From Planctomycetota bacterium (GTDB lineage Bacteria > Planctomycetota > UBA8108 > SXIK01), in NCBI GenBank assembly GCA_965223265.1, contig OZ244999.1, forward strand, positions 7,968,001-8,032,000: 64,000 bases of DNA, read 5' to 3'. The notes under the pieces were generated by a model. It had not been told where the DNA came from, ran no database searches, and saw nothing but the letters and a program-made list of their open reading frames with translations. Position 1 is the stretch's first letter, and every line of letters starts with the position of its first letter. The translations under genes were made by a program, and so were the position numbers. This document shows, one piece after another, positions 1 to 10,402 of the stretch.

Positions 1-636
1 GGCCAGCCGCGGCGGGCCTTGTGATGCTGCGGAGTTGCCGCCGCTGGCGTGGAGGTCGATGGAGATCGAGATTTCTCTTGGATGGAGCGATTCGTCTTCG
101 AGACCAGTGCGGAACTGAACGGCGTGGACACCGCGGAGAAGAGAGAGGACTTCGTCGTCGTCTCGATAGATCGAGAGGCGACGGCCGCGGAGCTCCACAG
201 AGTAGACATTTGGGCTCCATTCGACCTCGCCTGTGATCTCGTCGATCGCGAGCCCGTTGCCGTCGCGGTCGTGCGGCAGGCAGAATTCGAGACGAGTTCC
301 GTCGACGACGACTCGGGGGTAGGTCCTGTTGTCGCGATCCACCCGGCCCGTCTTGCGGAGAACGCGACGCAATTGGGGCGGGATAGTCGTGGTCTCCGGA
401 AGCGAATCCGTGTCTTCGCGCGCGATGCCGATCATGGAACTCGACTCCCTGAGGACCGCGAACATGCTGCCGATGAGCGCTGAGACAATCAAAAGGGAAA
501 CGGACGCCTCGAGAAGTGAGAAGCCGCTAACGCGCGTCGGTCCGCGACACCGCTTCGGTGCGTCAACCCAATGTGAGCCGGGGAGCCGCGGATCGCGAGG
601 TTCGGACGGACGATTTTGTTTTCGCGGCAATTCCAT
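1..636 (-). CDS. Prepilin-type N-terminal cleavage/methylation protein (minor pilin/pseudopilin-like), runs off the left edge
   Basis: Not in the ORF track because it has no stop in the window. Manual translation from ATG at 636 gives MELPRKQ...RVSG|FSLLEASVSLLIVSALIGSMF, a class III signal motif plus hydrophobic helix. The frame stays open to base 1. Confidence 0.75.
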   Translation of the reverse strand, partial: MELPRKQNRPSEPRDPRLPGSHWVDAPKRCRGPTRVSGFSLLEASVSLLIVSALIGSMFAVLRESSSMIGIAREDTDSLPETTTIPPQLRRVLRKTGRVDRDNRTYPRVVVDGTRLEFCLPHDRDGNGLAIDEITGEVEWSPNVYSVELRGRRLSIYRDDDEVLSLLRGVHAVQFRTGLEDESLHPREISISIDLHASGGNSAASQGPPRLA

Positions 637-651
637 AGTGGTTCAGTCGGT

Positions 652-1203
652 TCAGTCAGCCTTCAGCGTCGCGATTTCGAAACGGACCTCGCCGACGTCA
701 GAGTTTGTCCACACGACTTCGAGCGACACTTCAAGGGGCGCTGCGGTGAGGTCGCCGTAGTTGACGATCATCTCGCCACCCTCGAGTGCGGGGAGTGGGC
801 GTGTTGAACCCTGCGGCCATCGCTCGAGAAGCTCTCGGCGCGACGAGACGCGCATCCTGGCAAGCATCCGCTGCGCCGCCGCGGTGGCGTGCTCGGTCTC
901 GCGGTTCATGCGCGCTTGGCGCGCGATGGGAACGAGCACGAGCGTCGTCCCGAGAACCACAGAGAGTAGGATCGTGACCGTGATGGAGACTTCAAGCAGG
1001 GTCAGCCCGCGGCACCGACTGACGTACCGATCGGCGCACCGACCCGCGTGTCGACGCTGGGGCCCACGCGCATGCGGCGGCGCGTCGAGAGAAGACGAGA
1101 GAACGTCGCCGCAGTGACTCCCGACGTATTCCACCTGCCGTACCCCACGAATCCAACGACGGCCGACGTGACTGAGCATCTCGCTTGATCGCAACGCTTG
1201 CAC
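652..1203 (-). CDS. Prepilin-type (PilV/GspI-like) protein; true start probably downstream of 1203
   Basis: RCRG|LTLLEVSITVTILLSVVLG motif; adjacent to a second prepilin-like gene. Confidence 0.75.
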   Translation of the reverse strand: MQALRSSEMLSHVGRRWIRGVRQVEYVGSHCGDVLSSSLDAPPHARGPQRRHAGRCADRYVSRCRGLTLLEVSITVTILLSVVLGTTLVLVPIARQARMNRETEHATAAAQRMLARMRVSSRRELLERWPQGSTRPLPALEGGEMIVNYGDLTAAPLEVSLEVVWTNSDVGEVRFEIATLKAD

Positions 1204-1463
1204 GATTGCCTCCGTTTTCCGGACCGTCGTCCGTTTGCTGCGGTTCCTCTTCGTTCCATCGGTCGGTGCGTTTGCTCGGCTGCACCGGCATGCCGATAAA
1301 TCGTGCCGCAGCGCAGTGGCAGCCTCGAAACGGACCCGCAGCTGCGACGACAGAGCTGCGCGAACTGTGATTGCCTTGGCGGGGAACTTTCAACGTTGGA
1401 AGCGCTGACGCCCAGGTCGGACGTGGAATCGGAGCGCACGTCGGCACAGCGAGCGGCCAGATC

Positions 1464-3341
1464 TCAGTCCGCTGCCTGTGCACTTCTCGCGGCGCGCCTG
1501 GCTTCCTGGCGGCGGCGGATGTTTTCTAGTCGGTCATCGGGCGTCGCCGCGATGAGGCGCCGGGTGTAGTCCTGTCGAGGTGAGGAGTAGATAGCGTCGG
1601 ACGGGCCAGCCTCGACAATCTTGCCCTCGTTCATGACGAGCATCATGTCGGCCATGAACTTGACGACGCTGAGGTCGTGGCTGATGAAGATGTAGGTGAG
1701 GTCTCGCTTCTCTTGCAGGTCTTTGAGCAGGTTGAGAACCTGCGCCTGCACGGACACGTCCAGGGCCGACACCGATTCGTCGCAGATCACAAACTCCGGC
1801 TCGACCGCCAGTGCGCGCGCGATGCAGATGCGTTGGCGTTGGCCGCCGGAAAACTCATGCGGGTAACGTCGCAAGTGGTCGCTCTCGAGGCCGACTTCGC
1901 GCAGCAGCTGCGCGGCGCGTTCGCGCCGGTCGGCGCGTGAGGAGCCGAGGCCGTGGATCGCCATCGGCACAACGAGCGCCGTCTCGACGGTTGTGCGCGG
2001 GTTGAGGCTGCCGTAGGGGTCTTGGAAAATAATCTGCAGCCGACGTCTGAAAGCGCGCAGCCCGCGGCGCGGAAGTGCCGTTAGGTCGACGCCGTCATAG
2101 GTTACGCGACCAGCTGTCGGTTCGATGAGTCGCAAGATGGCGCGCCCGGCCGTGGTCTTGCCGCACCCCGACTCGCCGACAAGGCCGAGCGTCTGACCGC
2201 GGAAGACGTCGAACGAGACTCCGTCGACTGCGCGGACGTGTCCCACCGTGCGCAGAAAGAAGCCGCGCCGAATCGGGAAATGGACTTCGAGGTCGCGGAC
2301 GTGAAGCAGTGGCTCAGTGCCGGCGTCGATGAACGTTGCGTCCGGCGGCACCGAGTTGGCGTCGGCGTCCATCGTCTCGATCATCGGCTTGGGATGGAGC
2401 AAACGCCCGCGGCCGGTGTGAGCAAGACGCTGCAGGGTCGCGTCATCAACTTTCTTCTCGCGCACCTCGATGCGGCCGTCGACTTCGACAGTCTCCATGA
2501 AGTCCTCGACCGTCGCGAGTCGTCGGTTCTCCGAGCCGGGGTGTGGGCGACACGCCAAGAGCCCTTTGGTGTAGGGATGCTGCGGCTTTTCAAAGATGTC
2601 GAGCACAGTGCCCTGCTCGACCACCTTGCCGCGGTACATGACGGCGACGTCGTCAGCGATCTCCGCGATGACGCCCAGGTCGTGCGTGATGAAGAGGACC
2701 GCCATTTGCCGCTGGTCGCGCAGTCGCCGCATGATGTCGAGGATCTGGGCCTGGATCGTGACGTCGAGCGCCGTCGTCGGTTCGTCGGCGATGAGGAGGC
2801 TTGGGTTGCAGGAAAGGGCCATGGCGATCATGACGCGCTGCTTCTGACCGCCCGAAAGCTGGTGCGGGTAGGAGTCGACGCGCTGCTCCGGGTCGGGCAT
2901 GCCGACCTGCTGGAAGAGATCGATGGTGCGCTCGCGTGCTGCGCGCTTGGAGATGCGCTCGTGCAGCAGCACGGCCTCCATCACCTGACGTCCCACTGAG
3001 ATCACCGGGTTCAGCGAGGTCATCGGCTCTTGAAAGATCATGCTGATCTCGCCGCCGCGAATGGCGCGCAGCTCGGGCTCGGGGATCTCGAGCATGTTGC
3101 GTCCGCGGAAGAGAACGCTGCCGCCCACGACGTCCGCGTTCGATGCCAGCAGGCGCAAAAGCGAAAACGCCGTCACCGATTTCCCGGACCCCGACTCGCC
3201 GACCACCCCTAACGTGCGTCCCGGATGGATCTCGAGGGAGATGTCATCGACGGCTTTGACGACGCCTGTCTCGGTTTCGAAGTAGGTCTTGAGGCCGTTG
3301 ATTTCAACCAGCGGCGGCGCCGGCTGGGCTGCGTCTACCAT
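1464..3341 (-). CDS. Peptide/nickel ABC transporter ATP-binding protein, fused double NBD (DppD+DppF type)
   Basis: Two Walker A motifs (GESGSGKS, GESGCGKT), LSGGQ/FSGGQ signatures, PQHPYT motif. Confidence 0.95.
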   Translation of the reverse strand: MVDAAQPAPPLVEINGLKTYFETETGVVKAVDDISLEIHPGRTLGVVGESGSGKSVTAFSLLRLLASNADVVGGSVLFRGRNMLEIPEPELRAIRGGEISMIFQEPMTSLNPVISVGRQVMEAVLLHERISKRAARERTIDLFQQVGMPDPEQRVDSYPHQLSGGQKQRVMIAMALSCNPSLLIADEPTTALDVTIQAQILDIMRRLRDQRQMAVLFITHDLGVIAEIADDVAVMYRGKVVEQGTVLDIFEKPQHPYTKGLLACRPHPGSENRRLATVEDFMETVEVDGRIEVREKKVDDATLQRLAHTGRGRLLHPKPMIETMDADANSVPPDATFIDAGTEPLLHVRDLEVHFPIRRGFFLRTVGHVRAVDGVSFDVFRGQTLGLVGESGCGKTTAGRAILRLIEPTAGRVTYDGVDLTALPRRGLRAFRRRLQIIFQDPYGSLNPRTTVETALVVPMAIHGLGSSRADRRERAAQLLREVGLESDHLRRYPHEFSGGQRQRICIARALAVEPEFVICDESVSALDVSVQAQVLNLLKDLQEKRDLTYIFISHDLSVVKFMADMMLVMNEGKIVEAGPSDAIYSSPRQDYTRRLIAATPDDRLENIRRRQEARRAARSAQAAD

Positions 3342-3366
3342 GTGTCAGCTGCTCATCGCTTCGTCG

Positions 3367-4482
3367 TCACTTCGATCCTTCGCGCAGACGTGGATCCGTC
3401 GCTTCCTGAAGGCCCTCGCCGATGAGGTTGTAGGCCAAGACCGTCGAGAAGATGGCTAAGCCGGGAAAGAGGATCAGCCACCACATCTGCAGATTGCTGC
3501 GCCCGGCGCTGAGGACGACGCCCCAGCTCGGATTCGGCGGCGGTGTTCCGAAGCCGAGAAAGCTCAGCCCGCTTTCGATGAGAATGGCCGCAGCGATGCC
3601 AAAGGCGATCGGCACGAGAACAGGCGCCATGGCGTTCGGCAGAATCTGGCGCACCATGATGCGGACGCGACTCATCCCGAGGGCGCGCGCTGCAGTGACG
3701 TATTCCATCGTCTTGAGCTTGAGAAACTCGGCGCGCACGAGGCGAGCGATCCCGGTCCAGCTCGTCATGCCGATGACTCCCATGACATGCCAAATGCTGG
3801 GGTCCTCAACGATGGCCAGTAGAGCCAGGATGAGAACGAGCGCCGGAATGCACATGACGACTTCGATGATGCGACTGACGACGACGTCGACCGAGCCGCC
3901 GAAATAGCCGGCGATGGCGCCTAGGGTGATGCCCACGACGCTGGCAATACCCATCGACACGAATCCAACCAAGAGCGCAATGCGCGTTCCATGGACCAGC
4001 TGCGCGAAGACGTCGATGCCGGCTTGATTGGTTCCGAGTGGGTTTAGCCGGCTCGGGGCGCCCTTGTCGAGCGAAGGGTTCCCCGGCCGGTCTTCCCATT
4101 CGCCTTTGCGGACGCGGCGGTACGGGTCTTGGTAGACGAGCGGCCAGATCGCCCAGCTCTCCGGGTCTTTCTTCTCGAGGTTTTGCGGATAGATGCGGCG
4201 GAACTCGTCGCGAAAAAAGACAGGGTTTTCCCAGCGTGGGTTGAAATAACCGAGCGCCGGAAAGTAGATGGACCCTTTGTACTTACAGATCACTGGTTTG
4301 GTGCCGACGATCGCCGGAGAGAGGAGCGCGACGAGCGAGAGAAACCCGACAAAGATGAGCGACGCCATGGCGAGCTTGCGGCGCCGAAAGCGTACCCATG
4401 TCTCGGCCCAAAAGCCACGGCTGCGGGTGAACCGCGTCGTCGCGGAGTCCTTGGTCTCTAACGTCGGCGGGGGTTCGTTCAT
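3367..4482 (-). CDS. Peptide ABC transporter permease (DppC/OppC type)
   Basis: LGT..G.D.FA.LVHG.RI.L, EAA-like loop EYVTAARALG, PSWG. Confidence 0.95.
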   Translation of the reverse strand: MNEPPPTLETKDSATTRFTRSRGFWAETWVRFRRRKLAMASLIFVGFLSLVALLSPAIVGTKPVICKYKGSIYFPALGYFNPRWENPVFFRDEFRRIYPQNLEKKDPESWAIWPLVYQDPYRRVRKGEWEDRPGNPSLDKGAPSRLNPLGTNQAGIDVFAQLVHGTRIALLVGFVSMGIASVVGITLGAIAGYFGGSVDVVVSRIIEVVMCIPALVLILALLAIVEDPSIWHVMGVIGMTSWTGIARLVRAEFLKLKTMEYVTAARALGMSRVRIMVRQILPNAMAPVLVPIAFGIAAAILIESGLSFLGFGTPPPNPSWGVVLSAGRSNLQMWWLILFPGLAIFSTVLAYNLIGEGLQEATDPRLREGSK

Positions 4483-4509
4483 TTCTGTGAAGGAAGCTGC
4501 CAGATATCG

Positions 4510-5502
4510 CTAAGTATAGCTAACGCGTGGGTCGACGACGCCGTAGAGCAGGTCGGCGATGAGCTGCGCCACGAGTGTCAGCATCGAAAACACCAGAGTC
4601 AGCCCCATGATTGTCGGGTAGTCGCGTCGCGTCAGCGACTCCAAAAAAAGTTGACCCATGCCCGGCCAACTGAAGATGAACTCGAGGATGATCGCGCCGC
4701 TGACAAGCGACGGCAGCGTCAAGCCGACCAGCGTCACAAATGGCACAAGGGTGTTGCGGAAGGCGTGGTGCCAGATCACCCGCGCCGGGCCAGCACCTTT
4801 GGCGCGAGCAGTACGGATGTAGTCTTGACGGATGACCTCCTCCATGTTCGCTTTGACGAAGCGTGAGAAGTAGGCGAGGCCACCGTAAGTGTAACAGACA
4901 AGCGGCAGCGCAAGGTGACGCAGTCGGTCGAACGCTTTGCCGACAAGCGAGAGCTCCTCGTAGTCCGAGCTGTAGAGTCCACCAGCGGGCAGTTGAAATC
5001 CCGTGCCCTCGAGCTTGACGTAGAAGAGGATCAACAAGAAGAGCGCCGCAACGTAGGATGGCAGAGAGTAGAGCATGTAGAGGATCACACTCAGAGCGCG
5101 CTCGTCGAAGCGTCCGCTGCGGACGGTGGCGAACAGCCCCATGGGGATGGACAGCAGGTACGTCAGAAAGAGCGACGCACCCGAGAGCAACAGCGTCGGA
5201 CCGATGTGATCGCTGATGATCTGAAGCACCGGCTGCTTGTAGGCGATCGAGTGTCCCATGTCGAGGCGCAGAAGATTTCCAAGCCAGACGAAGTAGGCTT
5301 GGTACCACGGTTTATCCAGTCCGTAGATCGCCTTTAGCCGCTCAAGATCCTCGGGACTGATCTGGCGACTGGGGTCGACCTCAGCCATGTCGAGCGTCAG
5401 CGCCGTTCCCGGCATGCTGCGGATGAGGCCGTAGATGACGAACGTGATCAGCAGGAGCGTCAGGCAGCCGATGGCGAGGCGCCGCAGAATGTAGATCAGC
5501 AT
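4510..5502 (-). CDS. Peptide ABC transporter permease (DppB/OppB type)
   Basis: YGLDKP..QY, DYIRTARAKG, IFSWPGMG, RDYP, DPR C-terminus. Confidence 0.95.
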   Translation of the reverse strand: MLIYILRRLAIGCLTLLLITFVIYGLIRSMPGTALTLDMAEVDPSRQISPEDLERLKAIYGLDKPWYQAYFVWLGNLLRLDMGHSIAYKQPVLQIISDHIGPTLLLSGASLFLTYLLSIPMGLFATVRSGRFDERALSVILYMLYSLPSYVAALFLLILFYVKLEGTGFQLPAGGLYSSDYEELSLVGKAFDRLRHLALPLVCYTYGGLAYFSRFVKANMEEVIRQDYIRTARAKGAGPARVIWHHAFRNTLVPFVTLVGLTLPSLVSGAIILEFIFSWPGMGQLFLESLTRRDYPTIMGLTLVFSMLTLVAQLIADLLYGVVDPRVSYT

Positions 5503-5577
5503 GAGGTCTTTTGCGTCACCGCCTCGGCTCGCTGCGCCGGCGCCCGGACAGGGGCGAAAGAGCGTGACTCTGAGCCG

Positions 5578-7470
5578 TCACAGGTCTTTCGGTTTCCACA
5601 GCGCCGTGTCCCCCGGACTGTAGCTGTACGGTCCGCGCGGACTGAAGTTGTAGCCACGAAGCTTCTTACTAAAGGCGAAGAAGGAGTTGCGGAAGTAGAG
5701 CCACGTGTAGGGCTGATCTTCGTAGACGATCTCGTGGATGCGGGCGTAGTGGCGTCGCCGTTTCTCGAAGTCGAACTCCTTCCGGCCGACCTTAAAGAGA
5801 CGATCGACTTCCGGATTCGAGTAGCTGCCGTAGTTGCGCTCCTTGCCGGTGCCGAAAATGTTGTCGGAGGTGTCTGGATCCGCGCCTGCACCCCACCCGG
5901 CGAAATAGGCCTGGAACTTCTTATCCAGCGTCGTCTGCATCAGCACTGCGAACTCGAGCGGCCGGATTTTGCAGACGACTCCAATCTGGTCGAGGTTCTC
6001 GCGCAGGAGGTTGCAGATCGCGATGCGATCGGGAACGTTTGACACCAAGATAGTGAACTCGAAGCGTTGGCCATCTTTGTCGCGCACCCCATCGCCGTCA
6101 CTGTCGACCCAACCAGCGGCGTCGAGGAGTTCCTCCGCCTTGTCGAGGTCTTGTGTGTACGGCGCGGGTGGATTCTCAGGCGCCCAGGGGGATGTCCTGT
6201 GGAAAATGCCGTTACAGGCTTCGTTGAGTCCGAAGCGCAAGGTCGTCAAGAGCTCCTCGTGATCGAAGGCATAGGACATCGCCTGGCGTACGCGTTTGTC
6301 TTTGAAAAACAGCGAGGCGCAGTTCCACCCGAAGTAGAAGTACGTCCACTCGAGACCGTGCGCTTTGGTGTTCTTGTCATAGAAGTCGGCGTCATTGGTC
6401 TGCGTGCGCCACTGCTCCGCCGAGAGGAGCATCTCGTCGAGATCGCCGGCTTTGGTACGGAGGAGCGCGACACTTGGATCCGTGATGACGCGAAAGGTGA
6501 CTTCTCGGAACGGCGGTTTGTCGCGGACTCGTTTGCCGTTGTGCTCGTACCAAGACGGCCGCCGGCGCAAGACGATTTCTTGACCCTTGGTGCGCTTGAC
6601 GATTTCGTACGGCCCTCCCGAGATCGGGGCGTTTTCGTATTTGACGAGATGCGGGCTGTTGGCCAGCGTCGGGTCTTCGAGGGCCGATTCAGCATAGATG
6701 TGTTTGGGGATGACGCTGAAGTTAACATTCCAGATGTTGGTCGCGAGCGCTTCTTTGTGGAAGAAGACGAGTGTGTGATCGTCGTACGCCTCGATCCACT
6801 TAATCTTGTCGGTGCCCGATCGCTGCGCGGGGACCGGGACCTCTTTGGTCATGATCAAGCGATAACTAAAAACGACGTCATGCGCCGTGATGGGCGTGCC
6901 GTCCGACCATGTCAGGTCGTCGCGCAAGATGACCTTTTCGTAGAGACCGTCGGCGCTTGCCTGCCACGAGGCGACCGTGTCTGCACTCGCGAAAGGTTTG
7001 AGCGTCCAGTCGAAGCTGAAGAGCCCGAAGTTCATGAGGCCGATCACCCAAACCTCATAGACCGAGCTCATGAGGACGGCGTTTGTCGTCTTGATGTCCT
7101 GCGGCAGGTAGCGTCGAAGCTCCGCGTCTTCGTCGACCGCCTCGGGCTGAGCAGGAAGCCTACTGAGCGCGCTCAGGATTTTGGCGTTCGCTTCGGGAGA
7201 GTCGTTCTTCAGGCGCAGCGCCTCCTCGACGGTGGCGAGTTTGGGTTCGCCGGCCTGGCGCTGGCGCAACAGCTCGATGGAGTCGAGCACCGGTCGGTCC
7301 TGCCAGGTCACCTTGGCATCGAGCTCGGCGAGCGTCGGTGGTTCGAACGGTTCGAGCATATTCCCAAGCACGACTTTCTTGGCCGCAGGTGTTGGCGTCG
7401 TCGAATCCGTGCAACCAAGCGCTAGAACGAAGAGGAAGAGAGTCGAGAGGCGAATCGTGTTCGGCTGCAT
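5578..7470 (-). CDS. Peptide ABC transporter substrate-binding lipoprotein (SBP family 5)
   Basis: Lipobox LALGC, WSDGTPITAHDV, GPY, DKRVRQA motifs; start placed at ATG 7470. Confidence 0.92.
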   Translation of the reverse strand: MQPNTIRLSTLFLFVLALGCTDSTTPTPAAKKVVLGNMLEPFEPPTLAELDAKVTWQDRPVLDSIELLRQRQAGEPKLATVEEALRLKNDSPEANAKILSALSRLPAQPEAVDEDAELRRYLPQDIKTTNAVLMSSVYEVWVIGLMNFGLFSFDWTLKPFASADTVASWQASADGLYEKVILRDDLTWSDGTPITAHDVVFSYRLIMTKEVPVPAQRSGTDKIKWIEAYDDHTLVFFHKEALATNIWNVNFSVIPKHIYAESALEDPTLANSPHLVKYENAPISGGPYEIVKRTKGQEIVLRRRPSWYEHNGKRVRDKPPFREVTFRVITDPSVALLRTKAGDLDEMLLSAEQWRTQTNDADFYDKNTKAHGLEWTYFYFGWNCASLFFKDKRVRQAMSYAFDHEELLTTLRFGLNEACNGIFHRTSPWAPENPPAPYTQDLDKAEELLDAAGWVDSDGDGVRDKDGQRFEFTILVSNVPDRIAICNLLRENLDQIGVVCKIRPLEFAVLMQTTLDKKFQAYFAGWGAGADPDTSDNIFGTGKERNYGSYSNPEVDRLFKVGRKEFDFEKRRRHYARIHEIVYEDQPYTWLYFRNSFFAFSKKLRGYNFSPRGPYSYSPGDTALWKPKDL

Positions 7471-7797
7471 GTTCAAGAGCTCCAGTCGCAAAAGAGAGGA
7501 CGCGCGCCACTGGTTCGGAGCGCACGCGTCAGGTCGCGGAGCGGGAATCGAACCTCCACGATGAGAGCGAAGTCAGAGTCTATGGGACGGTTGTTGCCAA
7601 ATCAAGAAACGCCGCTCCACTCGACGAGATTCTACGTCGGTGCGCTTTCGACGACCGACAGCTCGCAACAAAGGTTGCCTGGTCTGACCCTGAGGAGCCC
7701 GCGGTTGCCGCTTGCCCGCGCCGGCGGCGTCGGGTATCAAAAACGCAGAGAAGAATCGACGCCGCAAAGAGCTTGTGACGAGAAAGGAAGTGATGAC

Positions 7798-8262
7798 ATG
7801 GCAGACGGACAGGTCAAAGGTCACGACATCGGCGTACTGCTCGTGCGTCTGGCGCTCGGGGCGATCATGATCGCGCACGGCCTCGGCAAAGTGGCGTTCG
7901 AGAGTTCGCCGGGAGTCCGCGGCTTTGCGGGGTACCTCCAGGACATGGGTCTCTCGCCGTCGGTGAGCATGTACGCCTCGATCGCCGCGATCGCGACCGA
8001 GATCGTCGGCGGCGGCCTCGTCGTCATCGGAGTGCTGTCGCGCCTGGCGAGCCTCGGTATCGCGGCGATCATGATCTTCGCGATCTTTAAGGTGCATCTG
8101 CAGCACGGGTTTTTCATTCCGCTGCGGGTCGACGAACCCGGAGATGTCAACTGGGGGATCGAGTACAACGTCGCGCTCCTCTCCATGGCGCTGCTGATTC
8201 TCCTCAGCGGCCCGGGCAAGCTGAGCCTGCTGCCGCATGGGTTTGGTCGGAAGAAGGGCTGA
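7798..8262 (+). CDS. DoxX family membrane protein
   Basis: LLVRLALG..MIAHG..K, E..GG, GIEYN, GPGKLS; AAGGAAG RBS before ATG 7798. Confidence 0.9.
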   Translation: MADGQVKGHDIGVLLVRLALGAIMIAHGLGKVAFESSPGVRGFAGYLQDMGLSPSVSMYASIAAIATEIVGGGLVVIGVLSRLASLGIAAIMIFAIFKVHLQHGFFIPLRVDEPGDVNWGIEYNVALLSMALLILLSGPGKLSLLPHGFGRKKG

Positions 8263-8455
8263 GGTCGGCGGAGAGTCGGACCTCGATTAAGGAAACGCCC
8301 ACGCAGACCGAGTCGGAAACGGCGACCGGGAAAGCGCACTGAAACAGCGCCCGCTACGATTGCAGCGGGGCGTAGGAGTTCCCTTAGCGGGTGAGTCCTC
8401 CGAGGAGTGCCAGCCTTCGAATCCGGCAAACTCTCCCGCTATTGGGCGCACGATA

Positions 8456-8523
8456 GTAGCAGGCACTCTCCGAGTGCGTCCGGTCTTCTCTCCGGCGACG
8501 GCACACAGGAGTGTGCCTGCTAC
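8456..8523. repeat. GTAG-type REP doublet (inverted pair of palindromic units)
   Basis: GTAGCAGGCACTCTCCGAGTGCGTC (8456-8480) and inverted GACGGCACACAGGAGTGTGCCTGCTAC (8497-8523); each unit contains its own hairpin. Confidence 0.75.
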
Positions 8524-8829
8524 GTTGGGAGACGCGCACTCCTGTCGAGCCCGCAGCTGTCAAAACGATCGTAGGAGACTTCACCCAAGAACGGGCGGGG
8601 AGACTCCACTGGAAAACCCGAGCCTCTGCTTCCGCCTCTGCCTCTCCTCCCATCCGGCGGCCAGTTCCAGAAACATCCCTTCCGCCGCCACGCCTGATCC
8701 TTCAAACCCGACGCTGATCACGCCGCGCCGCGTGACGGCCGTTTTTGTCAAGAGAGGCTCCGAGAACGGTCGACACACAGAGTGTCACAGCATTCCGGAA
8801 ACCGGGGTTCCAAGGAGAACTGACCTACC

Positions 8830-10152
8830 ATGCGTTCCATCAACGTTATGATCATGATTCTGGCGGGCGGCATCGGGGAGCGCCTCTTTCCCCTGACGGC
8901 AAATCGCTGCAAGCCGGCCGTACATTTCGGCGGCAACTTCCGCATCATCGACTTCACGCTGATGAACTGCGTGCTCTCCGGCTATCGCCAGATTCATGTG
9001 TTGACGCAGTACCATGCTTCTTCGCTCAATCGCCATCGCGTCGAGCGTTGGAACTGCTTGTCGACGGAGCTTGGTGAATACATCCACCTCGTGCCGCCGA
9101 AGCTGCGCGGTGCCAGCGGTGTCTACAAGAACACGGCTGACGCGGTTTACAGGAACCTCGAGCTGATCGATCGCTGTCGTCCCGACGTCGTTCTGGCGCT
9201 TTCCGGTGATCACGTTTATCGCGCCGACTATCGCCGCTTCGTCGAGGCGCACGTTGAGCGCGATGCGGACGTCACCGTCCTCACCGGCGAGGTCGGTGCC
9301 GAGGAAGCTTCGGCGTTCGGCGTCGTTCAGTTGTCGCCGCAGGGACGCATCACGCGTTTCGTTGAAAAGCCAGACGATCCAACACCGTACGCGCTGGACG
9401 GGCGCTGCCTGATCAACCTCGGCGTTTACTGCTTTCAGACGCGGTTCCTCGTCCAAGCACTCATTGAGGACGCCAAGCGCGAAGATTCGTCGCACGACTT
9501 TGGCAAGGACGTCCTGCCACGCGCTCTCAGCCGCGGCTACATGTCGTCGTGCCCGCTCGAGGTCGTCACGCCCGACGCGACGCCGTACTGGCGCGACGTC
9601 GGCAGCATCGACTCGTATTTTCAGGCCAACATGGACCTCCTTTCCAACCCGGCCGCCTTTGAGCTGCGGGATCGGCGCTGGGCGTCCACGTCTCGGTTTC
9701 GCGAGTGGGTGCCGTCGCGCCAGACTCTCACGGCGACGATCGACGGCCGCCGCGTCCACGGCAGCAACTTGATCGCCACGGGCGTCCGTGTCGACGACGC
9801 CGAGATCGTCGACAGCGTGCTTTCGTCCGGTACGCGCATCGAAACCGGCGCACAGCTCCACAAGTGCATCCTCTTTCCGGGTGCCCACGTCGGCCGCGGC
9901 GCGCGTCTGCGCGGGGTGATCGTCGAGGAGAACGTACGCATCCCCGACGGCGTGTCCATTGGATTCGACGACGTTGCCGACGCCAGCCAATTTGTGGTTT
10001 CGCCTGGTGGCGTTGTGGTGATCTCGGAGTCCGAGGAAGCCAATCGTCGGCCGGCACCGTCACGCATCGAAGTCGAAGCGTCGGCGCACGATTTCGATGC
10101 GGTTGGCGACGACATGGACGTTGCCATCGAGTCGCGCGAGCTGCCCGTCTGA
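8830..10152 (+). CDS. glgC: Glucose-1-phosphate adenylyltransferase
   Basis: LAGG.GERLFPLT..R.KPAV.FGG, LSGDH, FVEKP, HDFGKD, YWRDVG, hexapeptide C-domain; AAGGAG RBS. Confidence 0.9.
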   Translation: MRSINVMIMILAGGIGERLFPLTANRCKPAVHFGGNFRIIDFTLMNCVLSGYRQIHVLTQYHASSLNRHRVERWNCLSTELGEYIHLVPPKLRGASGVYKNTADAVYRNLELIDRCRPDVVLALSGDHVYRADYRRFVEAHVERDADVTVLTGEVGAEEASAFGVVQLSPQGRITRFVEKPDDPTPYALDGRCLINLGVYCFQTRFLVQALIEDAKREDSSHDFGKDVLPRALSRGYMSSCPLEVVTPDATPYWRDVGSIDSYFQANMDLLSNPAAFELRDRRWASTSRFREWVPSRQTLTATIDGRRVHGSNLIATGVRVDDAEIVDSVLSSGTRIETGAQLHKCILFPGAHVGRGARLRGVIVEENVRIPDGVSIGFDDVADASQFVVSPGGVVVISESEEANRRPAPSRIEVEASAHDFDAVGDDMDVAIESRELPV

Positions 10153-10402
10153 GAGCTTCGAGCCTTTTCGTGAGATCGGCAGCGCCGCGGTGTGCTCGCG
10201 GAATCTCGGGCACGGTCACTCGGCAGGGCGCGTCGTAGAAAGCATTCGAGCCCGGCGCATGGATCCGCGTCGATCGGACTTCTGACCGGCACAGGTGCCC
10301 GTTGCGGTTCGGTCTTCCGTTCGCGGTTCCGTCGACGTGATGGACTCAGACAACGCGGCGGGGGCCTACCCGTGGCTCGGTCGCTGCTGTTTGTTGATTC
10401 GT

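Noticed and set aside
49-483. 144-aa plus-strand ORF
   Set aside because: Antisense shadow of the prepilin-like gene at 1-636.
7530-7560. tRNA T-arm-like GGTTCGATTCCC on the minus strand
   Set aside because: The T-stem does not pair fully, and no acceptor, D or anticodon arms could be built.
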